NCBI GenBank assembly: GCA_044229975.1
Contig: JBGARZ010000016.1
Location: 128,001-192,000 of the forward strand
Direction of reading: 5' to 3'
DNA: 64,000 nucleotides
Origin: Polyangiales bacterium
GTDB taxonomy: Bacteria > Myxococcota_A > Polyangia > Polyangiales > Ga0077539
Part shown: positions 20,295-29,959 of the stretch, in pieces
Numbering within the stretch: the first letter of the stretch is position 1
Layout of the letters: every line of letters starts with the position of its first letter
Notes under the pieces: model-generated
The model's input: the letters and a program-made list of their open reading frames with translations, nothing else
Database searches by the model: none
What the model was told of the DNA's origin: nothing
Position numbers and translations under genes: made by a program

Positions 20295-22283
20295 TCAGGG
20301 AGCGACGACCGCGACGTCCAGCGTGTAGTCCCCGCCGGTGCGGAAGCCGCAACCCTGCACCGCGAGGTAGTACGTCCCGGCCGCGAGCGTGACGTCGACC
20401 TGTGATGCCTGCGCGACGGTGTCGTCGTTGCAGCCGTTGGTCACCGGGCGGCCCGGGCAGGTGTCGCCCTCGTTCACCGACAGGATCGTGTCGAAGCCCG
20501 AACCCAGCGTGTTGGCGATGATGCGACGCCGTTCGGTGAGGGTGATCTGGTAGTACACCGCGCGGCCGCCCGCGCAGCCGAGGCCGCCGCACGGAGGCTG
20601 CGCGATGACCTGCGGCGCGGCCGACGAGTTGCCGCGGAAGATGCCGCCCGTCACCGGGATGGTGCGCCGCGCCATGCAACTGTCGTTGCCCGTCACCGAC
20701 GTGGCCGTCGCTGTCGGGACGGTGAGGTACTGCGCGCTCACCGTTCCGGCGGTGCCCTCGGTGCCGGCGGCGATGCTGTACGCCTGCCCCGCCGTGAGCC
20801 CCTGGAAGCGCCGCCACACGTTGGTGCCAGGGCCCGTGCAGCCGAGCACCGTGGTGCCCCCGCAGGGCGTCTGTAGCGCGTAGCCCACGCGCGCCGCGTC
20901 GCTGCCCGCCACGTTGACGAGCACGTCCTGCCCCGTCGGCGCGGTGAACCCGAACACGGCATCCGCCCGCGACATCGCGAGGCACGACAGCGTCACCGAG
21001 CCCGGCGTGAGCGCGGCCACGTCGGCGCGCGCCACGACCCCCGGCATCAGCGCGACGCCCGGGCAACGATCGGCCGGACCCGGCAGCGTCGGCGCGGCCG
21101 TGGTGACGGTGGTGACCAGCGTGCGACCCGCGGTGCCCGCCGAGCGGTGCTCGACCAGCACGAAGTAGGTGCCCGGCGCCTGGTTGCGCAGCGTGCGTCG
21201 CCCGGGGTTGCCCGTGACGCATCCCGCGAGTCCGGTCGCGCGGTCGCTGCACGTCGTGGCGACCCCGACGGCGATGTCGCCGGTGCCGGTGGCGCTCACG
21301 TTGATGGTCACATCACGCGCGCTGGTGAGCGTGTACGAAAACACCGAGTCGACCCAGCCCGACGGGGTCCCGTTGGAGCCGCAGGTGGTGCCGTGGTCGG
21401 CGTCGGCGGCGAAGCCCATGGTGGACAGCGACACGGGCGGACCATCGGGCGCCACGACGACGCCGGGGCACACGTCGCCGCGCGAGCGGGGCCGGGCCGG
21501 GGTGATGGTCGCCTGCACGATGGCCGGGTTGCCGCGGTTGGAGGAGACCGCGACGGCGTAGGTGCCCGGGCCGAGCGTGGAGGCGCGCAGCGTGGCGACG
21601 CCGTCGGCGCCGGTGGCGCTGCTGTTGGAGCAGCGGAGCTCACCCGCCCGGTCGCCGCAGGTGGCCGCGGTGCTGAGGGTGAGCACCACCGCGTCGCCGC
21701 CCGTCGGGTTGGCGGTGATGACCACGTCGCTCGGCGTCGTGATGGTGAGCGGGATGATGCCGTCGGGGCCCGCGGCGGTCTGCATCCCTTCGCAGCTCGC
21801 GGGCAGGCCGCTGGTGAGGCCGGTGAAGGTGACGGTGTGGGCAGTGCCGTCATCGAGGCCGTTGCAGGGGCCAGGGAAGGTCGATGGGCAGCGGTCGGTG
21901 ATGCCGTTGCCACACGCGGGCCCGGAGTCGATCGGCGGCGGGACATCCACCGCAGCAACATCCGTCGGCGTCGGAAGGTCTTCGAAGACGACCGGCACGT
22001 CGTCGGTGGGCGAGGGGACGTCGTCAGGGAAGACGAGGGAGTCGTTGGTGATGACGGCGTCGGCGAAGGGCACGCCGGCGTCGTCAGGAACGCCGGTCTC
22101 CCCGGTGGTGATGATCCCGTTGTCCACGGCGATGCCGGCGTCTGGCGGGAGGGCGGCGGAGTCCGTCGTGGTGGAGGCGTCGTCGCGCGCGCCGTCGAGC
22201 GGCGGCAGCAGCAGCACCGTCGAGCCACACGCGCTGAGCGCCCCCATGGACAAACACACCATCAAGCCACGCCACCGAAGCAT
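20295..22283 (-). CDS. Large lipoprotein with repeated PPC-like (pre-peptidase C-terminal) domains
   Basis: Lipobox LSAC, D/V/P-rich linker, repeated 'LGPGTYAV / APGTYFVLVE / LAAGTYYLAV' modules with paired Cys. Confidence 0.75.
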   Translation of the reverse strand: MLRWRGLMVCLSMGALSACGSTVLLLPPLDGARDDASTTTDSAALPPDAGIAVDNGIITTGETGVPDDAGVPFADAVITNDSLVFPDDVPSPTDDVPVVFEDLPTPTDVAAVDVPPPIDSGPACGNGITDRCPSTFPGPCNGLDDGTAHTVTFTGLTSGLPASCEGMQTAAGPDGIIPLTITTPSDVVITANPTGGDAVVLTLSTAATCGDRAGELRCSNSSATGADGVATLRASTLGPGTYAVAVSSNRGNPAIVQATITPARPRSRGDVCPGVVVAPDGPPVSLSTMGFAADADHGTTCGSNGTPSGWVDSVFSYTLTSARDVTINVSATGTGDIAVGVATTCSDRATGLAGCVTGNPGRRTLRNQAPGTYFVLVEHRSAGTAGRTLVTTVTTAAPTLPGPADRCPGVALMPGVVARADVAALTPGSVTLSCLAMSRADAVFGFTAPTGQDVLVNVAGSDAARVGYALQTPCGGTTVLGCTGPGTNVWRRFQGLTAGQAYSIAAGTEGTAGTVSAQYLTVPTATATSVTGNDSCMARRTIPVTGGIFRGNSSAAPQVIAQPPCGGLGCAGGRAVYYQITLTERRRIIANTLGSGFDTILSVNEGDTCPGRPVTNGCNDDTVAQASQVDVTLAAGTYYLAVQGCGFRTGGDYTLDVAVVAP

Positions 22284-22425
22284 CGATCGACTCCTTTGAG
22301 GGCTCCGGGAGGGTCGAGCGGGTCCCGCGCCCCTGCGAAGCAGCGCGGTTGTACACCGGGGCCCGCGCGCACAACATGGGGTTGCAAAGTCGCAAGGGAC
22401 GGCGCGCAGGACTACCCTCCGGCGC

Positions 22426-23817
22426 GTGAATGCAAGCGACACGACGGTGCTGGTGGTGGAGGACGACCGATCGAACCTGGAGTCGCTGGAGCGGCTCCTG
22501 TCGCGCGAGGGCTACCGGGTGTCGACGGCGCCCGACGCGAAGACGGCGCTCGACCTGCTGCGCCGCCAGCGGGTCGAGGTGGTGGTCACCGACCTGATGA
22601 TGCCGGGCGCCTCGGGCATCGACCTCTTGAAGGCGACCAAGACGGTGTCGCCCGAGACGGAGGTCATCGTGATGACCGCGTACGGCACGGTCGAGACGGC
22701 CGTCGAGGCGATGCGCGGGGGCGCGTACGACTTCGTGGAGAAGCCGCTCAAGCGCGTGCAGATCGTGAAGAGCGTCGCGAAGGCGGCCGAGAAGGCGTCG
22801 CTCGTGGCGGAGAACCGGGTGCTGCGCGAGGAGATCTCGGCGCTGCGCAAGCGCGAGATCGTGGGCAACTCGCCGGCGCTGCGGCAGGTGCTGGAGGTCG
22901 CGGGGCAGGCGGCGCCCTCGATGGCGACGGTGCTCATCCTGGGCGAGTCAGGAACCGGCAAGGAGCTGCTGGCGCGCTACGTCCACGCGCGGTCGAGCCG
23001 GGCGGCGGGGGCGTTCATCGCGGTGAACTGCGCGGCCATCCCGGAGACCATCCTCGAAGCGGAGCTGTTCGGGTACGAGCGCGGGGCGTTTACGGGGGCG
23101 GTGGCCAAGCGGGACGGACGCTTCGCGCAGGCGCGGGGCGGAACGCTCTTCCTCGACGAGATCGGCGAGCTGTCCCCCGCGGTGCAGGTGAAGCTCCTGC
23201 GGGTGTTGCAGGAGGGCGAGTACGAGCCGCTGGGCGGGCGCACGCAGCGGGCGGACGTTCGGGTGGTGGCGGCGACCAACCGCGACCTGCGTGACGAGGT
23301 CGCGGCGAAGCGCTTCCGCGAAGACCTCTACTACCGGCTCAACGTCATCGCGATCACGGCCCCGCCGCTGCGCTCGCGGCCGTCGGACGTGCCGTTGTTG
23401 ATCGAGCACTTCCTCAAGGTGTTTGGTCAGCGCAACGGGAAGGGCCCGTTTGCGGTGGCGCCGGCGGCGATGGAGCGGCTCTCGCGCTACGGCTGGCCCG
23501 GCAACGTGCGCGAGCTGGAGAACACCATCGAGCGCGCCGTGGTGCTCTCGCGCAGCACAACCCTGGACGTCGCGGACTTCCCCAAGGGGCTGGTGGAGAG
23601 CGAGCAGGCGCGCTCGGAGCTGGTGGTGCCCATCGGGACGCCGCTGGAGGAGATCGAGCGCATGGTGATTCGCGAGACGCTGCGGGTGACCCACGGCGAC
23701 AAGCGGCTCACGGCGCAGTTACTGGGCATCGCGACGCGCACCATCTACCGACGGCTCGCCGAGGAGCGCGACGGCGGCGTCGGGGGGGACGGGATGGAGG
23801 ACGAGGAGAGTGAGTGA
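22426..23817 (+). CDS. Sigma54-dependent response regulator (NtrC/AtoC family)
   Basis: REC domain (VVEDD, DLMMP), Walker A 'GESGTGKE', GAFTGA, 'FLDEIGE', 'WPGNVREL', C-terminal HTH. Confidence 0.95.
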   Translation: MNASDTTVLVVEDDRSNLESLERLLSREGYRVSTAPDAKTALDLLRRQRVEVVVTDLMMPGASGIDLLKATKTVSPETEVIVMTAYGTVETAVEAMRGGAYDFVEKPLKRVQIVKSVAKAAEKASLVAENRVLREEISALRKREIVGNSPALRQVLEVAGQAAPSMATVLILGESGTGKELLARYVHARSSRAAGAFIAVNCAAIPETILEAELFGYERGAFTGAVAKRDGRFAQARGGTLFLDEIGELSPAVQVKLLRVLQEGEYEPLGGRTQRADVRVVAATNRDLRDEVAAKRFREDLYYRLNVIAITAPPLRSRPSDVPLLIEHFLKVFGQRNGKGPFAVAPAAMERLSRYGWPGNVRELENTIERAVVLSRSTTLDVADFPKGLVESEQARSELVVPIGTPLEEIERMVIRETLRVTHGDKRLTAQLLGIATRTIYRRLAEERDGGVGGDGMEDEESE

Positions 23818-23868
23818 CCTGTCGTGGGTGTGGCGCGGGAGGCGTTCTCGCGCGACAAACTCGGGGGC

Positions 23869-25395
23869 ATGACATCGAACCTTGAGGCGACGCTCCGCGA
23901 CCCGGCCCGGTTGCGAGCGCTGGTCGAGACGGGGCTCCTCGACTCCGCGCCGGAGGTGGCCTTCGATCGGCTGACCCGGCTGGCGTCGAAGATCCTGCGG
24001 GTGCCCGTCGCGCTGGTGTCGCTCGTCGACGACCACCGGCAGTTCTTCAAGAGCGCGGTGGGCCTCGGCGAGCCGTGGGCGACGCGGCGGGAGACCCCGC
24101 TGTCGCACTCGTTCTGCCAGCACGCGGTGGCCTCGCGCGAGCCGCTGGTGGTGTTCGACGCGCGCGAGCACCCGTTGCTCCGGCACAACCTCGCCATCGT
24201 CGACCTCGACGTGGTCGCGTACGCGGGCGTTCCGCTGGTGACCTCCGACGCGCAGGCGCTGGGTGCCCTCTGCGTCATCGAGGCGACGCCGCGGCGGTGG
24301 ACCGACGAGGAGATGGAGGTCCTCCGCGAGCTGGCGGCGTCGGTGGTGACCGAGATCGAGCTGCGTCGGGTCGCGCGCGAGTCCCTGGCCGCGGCCGAGG
24401 CGCTGGCGGTTCTCCAGGCGGCGGCCGAGGCGGCCAACATGGCGGAGTCGAGCGCGGAGGTCACGCAGCGCTGCCTCGACCTGCTGTGCGCGCACACCAC
24501 GTGGCCGGTGGGTCACGCGTACCTGAAGCGCGGCGACGCGCTGGTGTCGGGCGAGCTCTGGAGCGCCGGGACGTCGGATCGCTTCGAGGACTTTCGCGCG
24601 CTGACGGCGCGCACGCGGCTGGAGTCGGGGGTCGGGCTGCCGGGGCGGGTGCTGGCGTCGGGTGAGCCGGAGTCCGTGGACGACGCGGGCGCCGACCCGG
24701 GTTCAGCCCGCGCGGCGACGGCGCGGGCCGTGGGGCTGCGCGGCGGGTTCGCGCTGCCGGTGCGGGTGGGCAGCGAGGTGGTGGCGGTGCTGGAGTTCTA
24801 CGCGGACACGGCGGAGTCGCTCGACGCGAGGACGCGCGCGGTGATGGCCAACGTGGGCACGCAGCTCGGGCGCGTGGTCGAGCGCGAGCGCCACGCGGCC
24901 GCGGTGGAGGGGCTGTCGCTGACCGACGAGCTCACGGGCCTGCACAACCGCCGCGGGTTCACGGCGTTGGCGGCGCAGGCGCTGGCGCTGGCGACGCGGC
25001 AGGGCAAGAGCGCGCAGCTCTGCTTCATCGACATGGACGGGCTCAAGCGCATCAACGACGAGTTCGGCCACGAGGCGGGCGACCGCGCCCTCGTCGAGCT
25101 GGCCACGGTGCTGAAGAAGACCTTCCGCCAGTCGGACGTGGTGGCGCGGCTCGGGGGCGATGAGTTCGTGGTGTTCGCGCCGGAGGCGTCGGAGCAGACG
25201 CGGCCGTCCATCCGGTCGCGGCTCAACGCACAGCTGGCGACGCACAACGTGAAGGGCGAGCGGGAGTTCACGCTGTCGGCGAGCGTGGGGCTGACGACGT
25301 ACGACCCGTCGAACCCGCAGACCCTGGACGCCCTGCTCGCGCGCGCCGACGCCCTGATGTACGAGGACAAGCGATCGCGCAAGGCGGGGCGGTAG
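23869..25395 (+). CDS. GAF-GAF-GGDEF diguanylate cyclase
   Basis: Two GAF domains, 'DELTGLHNRR', intact GGDEF preceded by the RQSD I-site. Confidence 0.92.
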   Translation: MTSNLEATLRDPARLRALVETGLLDSAPEVAFDRLTRLASKILRVPVALVSLVDDHRQFFKSAVGLGEPWATRRETPLSHSFCQHAVASREPLVVFDAREHPLLRHNLAIVDLDVVAYAGVPLVTSDAQALGALCVIEATPRRWTDEEMEVLRELAASVVTEIELRRVARESLAAAEALAVLQAAAEAANMAESSAEVTQRCLDLLCAHTTWPVGHAYLKRGDALVSGELWSAGTSDRFEDFRALTARTRLESGVGLPGRVLASGEPESVDDAGADPGSARAATARAVGLRGGFALPVRVGSEVVAVLEFYADTAESLDARTRAVMANVGTQLGRVVERERHAAAVEGLSLTDELTGLHNRRGFTALAAQALALATRQGKSAQLCFIDMDGLKRINDEFGHEAGDRALVELATVLKKTFRQSDVVARLGGDEFVVFAPEASEQTRPSIRSRLNAQLATHNVKGEREFTLSASVGLTTYDPSNPQTLDALLARADALMYEDKRSRKAGR

Positions 25396-26640
25396 CTACG
25401 GGGTCGGGCTGACCGGTGCCGCCGGTCGGGCCATCGGTCTCGCCGCGGGACGCACCGCCGCCGGTCGCGCGATGGTGCGCTGGCCCATGCCCGCCGGCGT
25501 CGCCGCCGGGAGCGTTCGCTGGTTGGCGCCCGCGGGCGTCGGGGCGGGCGTCACGTCGACGTTGGGCCGCGCGGCGTCGTCCTGGTGGATGGAGTACCGC
25601 ACCAGCGCGCGCAGCACCTCGTTGCGCTGGATGTTGCCCACGAGGCTCTTGATGTCCTCGTACAGCGACGGGTCGACGAGCAGCGCGCCGAGCGTCCCAC
25701 GCCCCGCGCGAATGTCCGTCATGAGCGCGTTGGTCTGCGTGGTGACCTGGTTGAGGTTGGTCAGCGTCTGCGCGAGGTCGTTGCCGTAGATCACCTGGTG
25801 CAGTCCGCCGTTGCCGGTGCGCACGTCGCGGGTGATGGCGCCCACCTCGTTGGCCGCGCTCGCGAGGTTGCGCACCATGGTCTCGCCCTCGCGGTCGTAG
25901 ATGAGCGCGTGCACGAGGCCGTGGCCGTTGCGGGCGTCGCGGGCGAGGCCGTCGACCTGGTCCATCGTGGACGAGGCGTGCGCCGCGGTGGACTGCACCG
26001 AGGCCATCATCGCGTCGACGCGCCGGGCCATCGCGTCGCTGGTGAGCATGTCGTGCACCGGGCCCGGGCCCGTCGCGATCTGGCCCGTGATGACGCTGAG
26101 GTTGTGCAGCGCCGCCTGGAGGTCGGCCGTGGACTGCGGCGACGCCAGCGCGCCCGTCATGCGCGAGACGTCGGCGAGCACGGTGTTGACCCGCGTGGCC
26201 GCCTGCGCCGCGGCGCGCATCGCGCCCGCGAGGTCGTCGGACTCCTCCGAGGTGACGTTGGCGCCGTTGGCGACCGGCGCGCCCGCGGCGGTGCCCATGG
26301 TGATGTCGAGGGCCTTGTCGCCCAGCAGGCCCTTGCTGGCGATGCTCACGCGGCTGTCGGAGCGCACGCGCTGGAGCTGGTCGGACACCATCGAGAAGGC
26401 CACGTGGATGCGGCGGTCGGCGTCGCTCGTGCCGAAGGAGATGGTCTGCACCTGGCCCACGTCGAGGCCGCCCATGCGAACGGGCGAGCCCACCTTCAGG
26501 CCCGCGACGTCGTTGAAGGTCGTGTGCAGCACGGTGTGCCGCTGAAACATGTGCCGCTCGTCACCCACCAGGAAGATGAGGATGCCGGCGACGATGAGGC
26601 CGATGAGGAGGAAGAGGCCGACCTTGACGTTCCTGACCAT
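25396..26640 (-). CDS. mlaD: MCE/MlaD family protein
   Basis: N-terminal TM helix, 'VAGLKVGSPVRMGGLDVGQV', 'GLLGDK', helical tail 'GTLGALLVDPSLY'. Confidence 0.9.
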   Translation of the reverse strand: MVRNVKVGLFLLIGLIVAGILIFLVGDERHMFQRHTVLHTTFNDVAGLKVGSPVRMGGLDVGQVQTISFGTSDADRRIHVAFSMVSDQLQRVRSDSRVSIASKGLLGDKALDITMGTAAGAPVANGANVTSEESDDLAGAMRAAAQAATRVNTVLADVSRMTGALASPQSTADLQAALHNLSVITGQIATGPGPVHDMLTSDAMARRVDAMMASVQSTAAHASSTMDQVDGLARDARNGHGLVHALIYDREGETMVRNLASAANEVGAITRDVRTGNGGLHQVIYGNDLAQTLTNLNQVTTQTNALMTDIRAGRGTLGALLVDPSLYEDIKSLVGNIQRNEVLRALVRYSIHQDDAARPNVDVTPAPTPAGANQRTLPAATPAGMGQRTIARPAAVRPAARPMARPAAPVSPTP

Positions 26641-26676
26641 GACGGGTGTTGCTCGCGGGGAGTGTGAAGGTGGGCG

Positions 26677-27450
26677 TCAGACGGAGCGGGCCATGAGGGC
26701 GGCCATGTCCTCGTCTTCGGGGGCGTGGCCGGTGATGAAGTTGTGCACCAGGGGGTTGTTGGAGTTGCGAAACTCCTCGACCGATCCGCTGGCCACGATC
26801 TGGCCCTTGTAGACCATCGCGAGGCGGTTGGAGACCGTGAACGCCGTGCCCATGTCGTGGGTGACCACCACGCTGGTGACGCTGAGGGCGGTCTTGAGCG
26901 ATACCACCACGTTGTTGATGCGGGTGGTGTTGATGGGGTCCAAGCCCGTGGTGGGCTCGTCGTAGAGCAGCACCTCGGGGCGCAGCGCGATGGTGCGAGC
27001 GAGGCCGACGCGCTTGCGCATGCCGCCGGAGAGGTCGGCCGGGGCCATGGCCTCGATGCCCGGCAGGCCGACGAGGGAGAGCGCCCAATCGACGCGCTCG
27101 GAGATCTCGTCCTCGGTCATCTTGAAGTGTTCGCGGAGGCCGTAGGCGACGTTTTCGCGCACCGACAGCGAGTCGAAGAGGGCCGCGCCCTGAAACACCA
27201 TCCCGATGCGTTGACGCACCAGCGCGAGCTCGGCGGGCTTGAGACCGAGCACGCTCTTGCCGTCGAAGCGGATGTCGCCCTTGTCGGGGACGAGCAGCCC
27301 GATGAGCATCTTGAGCATCACGCTCTTGCCCACGCCGGAGCCGCCGAGGATCGAGAACGCCTCGCCGCGCTCGATGGACAGGTTGAGCCCCGCGTAGACC
27401 TGCTTGGGTCCGAAGGCCTTGTAGACGTCGTGGAATTCGATCAGCGCCAT
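26677..27450 (-). CDS. mlaF: ABC transporter ATP-binding protein (MlaF/Mkl family)
   Basis: 'GGSGVGKS', 'FQGAALFDS', 'LSGGMRKRVGLAR', 'YDEPTTGLDP'. Confidence 0.92.
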   Translation of the reverse strand: MALIEFHDVYKAFGPKQVYAGLNLSIERGEAFSILGGSGVGKSVMLKMLIGLLVPDKGDIRFDGKSVLGLKPAELALVRQRIGMVFQGAALFDSLSVRENVAYGLREHFKMTEDEISERVDWALSLVGLPGIEAMAPADLSGGMRKRVGLARTIALRPEVLLYDEPTTGLDPINTTRINNVVVSLKTALSVTSVVVTHDMGTAFTVSNRLAMVYKGQIVASGSVEEFRNSNNPLVHNFITGHAPEDEDMAALMARSV

Positions 27451-27514
27451 CGTCGAGCGGCGGTACGGTGCACCGCACGGCCTCCGTTGGCAACGCCCGT
27501 CGGCGCGGGGCCGG

Positions 27515-27943
27515 TCACGGGTCGCTCGCCGCTGCGTCGCGGCGGGATTCGATGTGCTGCCCCGCCTGCCTGGCCATGGCGCTGTAGCGCGCGTGGATGT
27601 CCGCGAGGGCCGCGTCGTCGAGCTCGTCGAGGTTGAGCATGGCGTTGTCGGCGTCGCTGACGGCGCGGATGAGCTCGTCGAGCTTGAGGTGCATCGCCTC
27701 GCTGTCGCGGTTCTGGGTGTTCTGGATGAGGAACACCATCAAGAACGTGATGATCGTGGTGCTGGTGTTGATGACGAGCTGCCAGGTGTCGCTGAAGTGG
27801 AAGAGCGGCCCGGTGAGGGCCCACACCACGATGACGAGGCTGGCGAGCGCGAAGGTGGTGGGCTTCCCCGCGAGCTGGGAGGTGTGCCGCGCGAAGACGG
27901 TGAAGCGGGAGATCTTGCGCGGTGCTTTCGGGGGGTCGGCCAT
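27515..27943 (-). CDS. Low-affinity iron permease family (Fet4-like) protein
   Basis: 'WQLVINTSTTIITFLMVFLIQNTQNRD..AMHLKLDELI' signature. Confidence 0.85.
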   Translation of the reverse strand: MADPPKAPRKISRFTVFARHTSQLAGKPTTFALASLVIVVWALTGPLFHFSDTWQLVINTSTTIITFLMVFLIQNTQNRDSEAMHLKLDELIRAVSDADNAMLNLDELDDAALADIHARYSAMARQAGQHIESRRDAAASDP

Positions 27944-27959
27944 GCGGCGAGGATAGCGG

Positions 27960-28526
27960 CTACTTCTTCCCGTAGGTGGCGAGCAGCGTGGCCATGTCCT
28001 CGGCGTGTTCTTCCTCCTTGGCGAGGATGCCTTCGAGCATGCGTCGGGTGGTCGGGTCGGTGTCGCCGAGGAAGCGGATGACCTCGCTGTACGACTCGAT
28101 GGCGACGCGCTCGGCGACGAGGTCTTCGCGGATCATGTCGGTGAGGCTCTTGCCCTCGACGTACTCCGAGTGCGAGCGCATCAGCATGCCTTCGGGGCTG
28201 AAGTTGGGCTCGCCGTTGAGCTGCGTGATGCGGCGCGCGATCTCGTCGGCGTGGCCCTGCTCCTCGTTGGCGTGCTCGAGAAACTCGTCGGCGACGGCGC
28301 CCGCTTCGAGCCCGGAGGCCATGAAGTAGTGGCGCTTGTAGCGCAGCACGCAGACCAGCTCGGTGGCGAGCGCGACGTTGAGGAGCTTGATGACCTCCTC
28401 GCGATCGGCGCGATAGTTCTCGACGACGGCGCCGCGCTCGATGTGCTGGCGGGCGCGTCGACGAAGCTCCTTCACGTCGGTGAGAAACGGGTTCGCGTTG
28501 CTCGGGGTATTGGCTTGTTGGCTCAT
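27960..28526 (-). CDS. Ferritin-like (bacterioferritin/DPS-like) protein
   Basis: Ferroxidase pattern 'ALATE', 'EEQGHAD', 'LVAERVAI', 'EEEHA'. Confidence 0.88.
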   Translation of the reverse strand: MSQQANTPSNANPFLTDVKELRRRARQHIERGAVVENYRADREEVIKLLNVALATELVCVLRYKRHYFMASGLEAGAVADEFLEHANEEQGHADEIARRITQLNGEPNFSPEGMLMRSHSEYVEGKSLTDMIREDLVAERVAIESYSEVIRFLGDTDPTTRRMLEGILAKEEEHAEDMATLLATYGKK

Positions 28527-28675
28527 ACGGGGAGGCATTGCGAGGGGCGTTCCAGGCGGGACGGAAGGCGGTTGTGAGCAGACGGGGTGCGAAGCGACGC
28601 CACGCGCGGCGCAGGAGGCCGTGGCGGTGCGCCTCACCTGTGGCGTGTCGGCGAGGTGGAGTACCGTCGCGGGCA

Positions 28676-29128
28676 ATGCCGGAGCCGACGACGACGGTGG
28701 CGCAGGTGGTGTCGGCGCTGTGGGAGCTGCCGCAGAGCTCGCTGGGCTTCGCGCTGTGGATGGCGGCGCGAGCGACGGGCCGGGTGAGGGGAGAGGAGCG
28801 CGAGCACGGCAGGAGGTTCGTGGAGGTTCCGGGGATGGCGGTGTCGCTGGGGCACTTCGTGTTCTGGAGCAGCGAGAGCACCCGCTGGCACCACAACGAC
28901 GCGGAGACGCGGGCGCACGAGTGGGGGCACACGTTTCAATCGCGCGTGCTGGGGCCGCTGTATCTGCCGCTGGTGGGGGTTCCGTCGAGCGCGCGGGCGC
29001 TGTACGCGGTGGCGTATCGGGAGGTCACCGGGCGGCGGTGGCGGGGGTACTTCGACGGGTACCCGGAGGTGCAGGCCGACCGCTACGGCGGGGTCGACCG
29101 CGCGGCTCGCGCGGCGCGCTGGGGGTAG
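28676..29128 (+). CDS. Small HExxH-motif hypothetical protein
   Basis: 'AVSLGHFVF', 'AHEWGHTFQSRVLGPLYL', 'EVQAD'. Confidence 0.7.
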   Translation: MPEPTTTVAQVVSALWELPQSSLGFALWMAARATGRVRGEEREHGRRFVEVPGMAVSLGHFVFWSSESTRWHHNDAETRAHEWGHTFQSRVLGPLYLPLVGVPSSARALYAVAYREVTGRRWRGYFDGYPEVQADRYGGVDRAARAARWG

Positions 29129-29135
29129 ACGCCTC

Positions 29136-29906
29136 CTACAGTGCCCGCCCCTGCGCTCCGTCGACGACCACGCACGCGCCTGTCACCCAGCGCGCCCGCT
29201 GCGAGCATAGAAACGCCACCACGTCGGCGACCTCCTCGGGCGCCCCAAAGCGTCCCATGGGGAGATCATCCCGCTTCATCTTCTCGATGCGCGCCGGGTC
29301 GTCCTTCGCCCGCCGGTCCCACGACCCGCCCGGGAACATCACCGACCCCGGCGCCACGCTGTTCACCCGGATGCCATGCTTCGCGAGGCTCACGGCCATC
29401 TCCTTGGTCGTCGCGATCACCGCCGCCTTCGCCGCCATGTACGGCGACGTCGAGCAGAACTCCCGCCCGCAGATCGACGACACGTTCACGATCGCCCCGC
29501 CGCCGTGCTCGTGCATCCAACCGACGGCCGCCTGCGAGCACCACACCGTCGCCATGAGGTTCAAGTCCATCACCTCGCGCCACTGCGCCGCGGTGGCCTT
29601 CTCGAAGCTCCCCGACCCGAGGCTCCCGCCCGCGTTGTTCACCAGCACGTCGACGCCGCCCATCGTCTCGATGGCCTCACCCACCGCGTGCTGCGCGCCC
29701 GCCTCCGTCGACACGTCCGCCACGATCGCGTGCGCCTCGGCGCCTGCCGCCCGCAGCGCCGCCACCGTCGCCCGCAGCGTCTCTTCGCCGCGCGCCACCA
29801 GCGCCAGCCGCGCGCCCTCCCGCGCCAGCGCCTCCGCGATCGCCCGCCCGATGCCGCGGCTCGCGCCGATGATGAGCGCCCGCTTGCCCGTGAGTTCGAG
29901 GTCCAT
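29136..29906 (-). CDS. SDR family oxidoreductase
   Basis: 'GASRGIG', 'NNAG', catalytic 'YMAAK'. Confidence 0.93.
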   Translation of the reverse strand: MDLELTGKRALIIGASRGIGRAIAEALAREGARLALVARGEETLRATVAALRAAGAEAHAIVADVSTEAGAQHAVGEAIETMGGVDVLVNNAGGSLGSGSFEKATAAQWREVMDLNLMATVWCSQAAVGWMHEHGGGAIVNVSSICGREFCSTSPYMAAKAAVIATTKEMAVSLAKHGIRVNSVAPGSVMFPGGSWDRRAKDDPARIEKMKRDDLPMGRFGAPEEVADVVAFLCSQRARWVTGACVVVDGAQGRAL

Positions 29907-29959
29907 GATGGCGATGGGTCTACCACCACCGCGATCACCACCGGAGTACCCTCGCGCGT

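Noticed and set aside
27960..28526. Encapsulin cargo ferritin
   Set aside because: No LTVGSL-type targeting peptide, and no encapsulin shell gene in the window.
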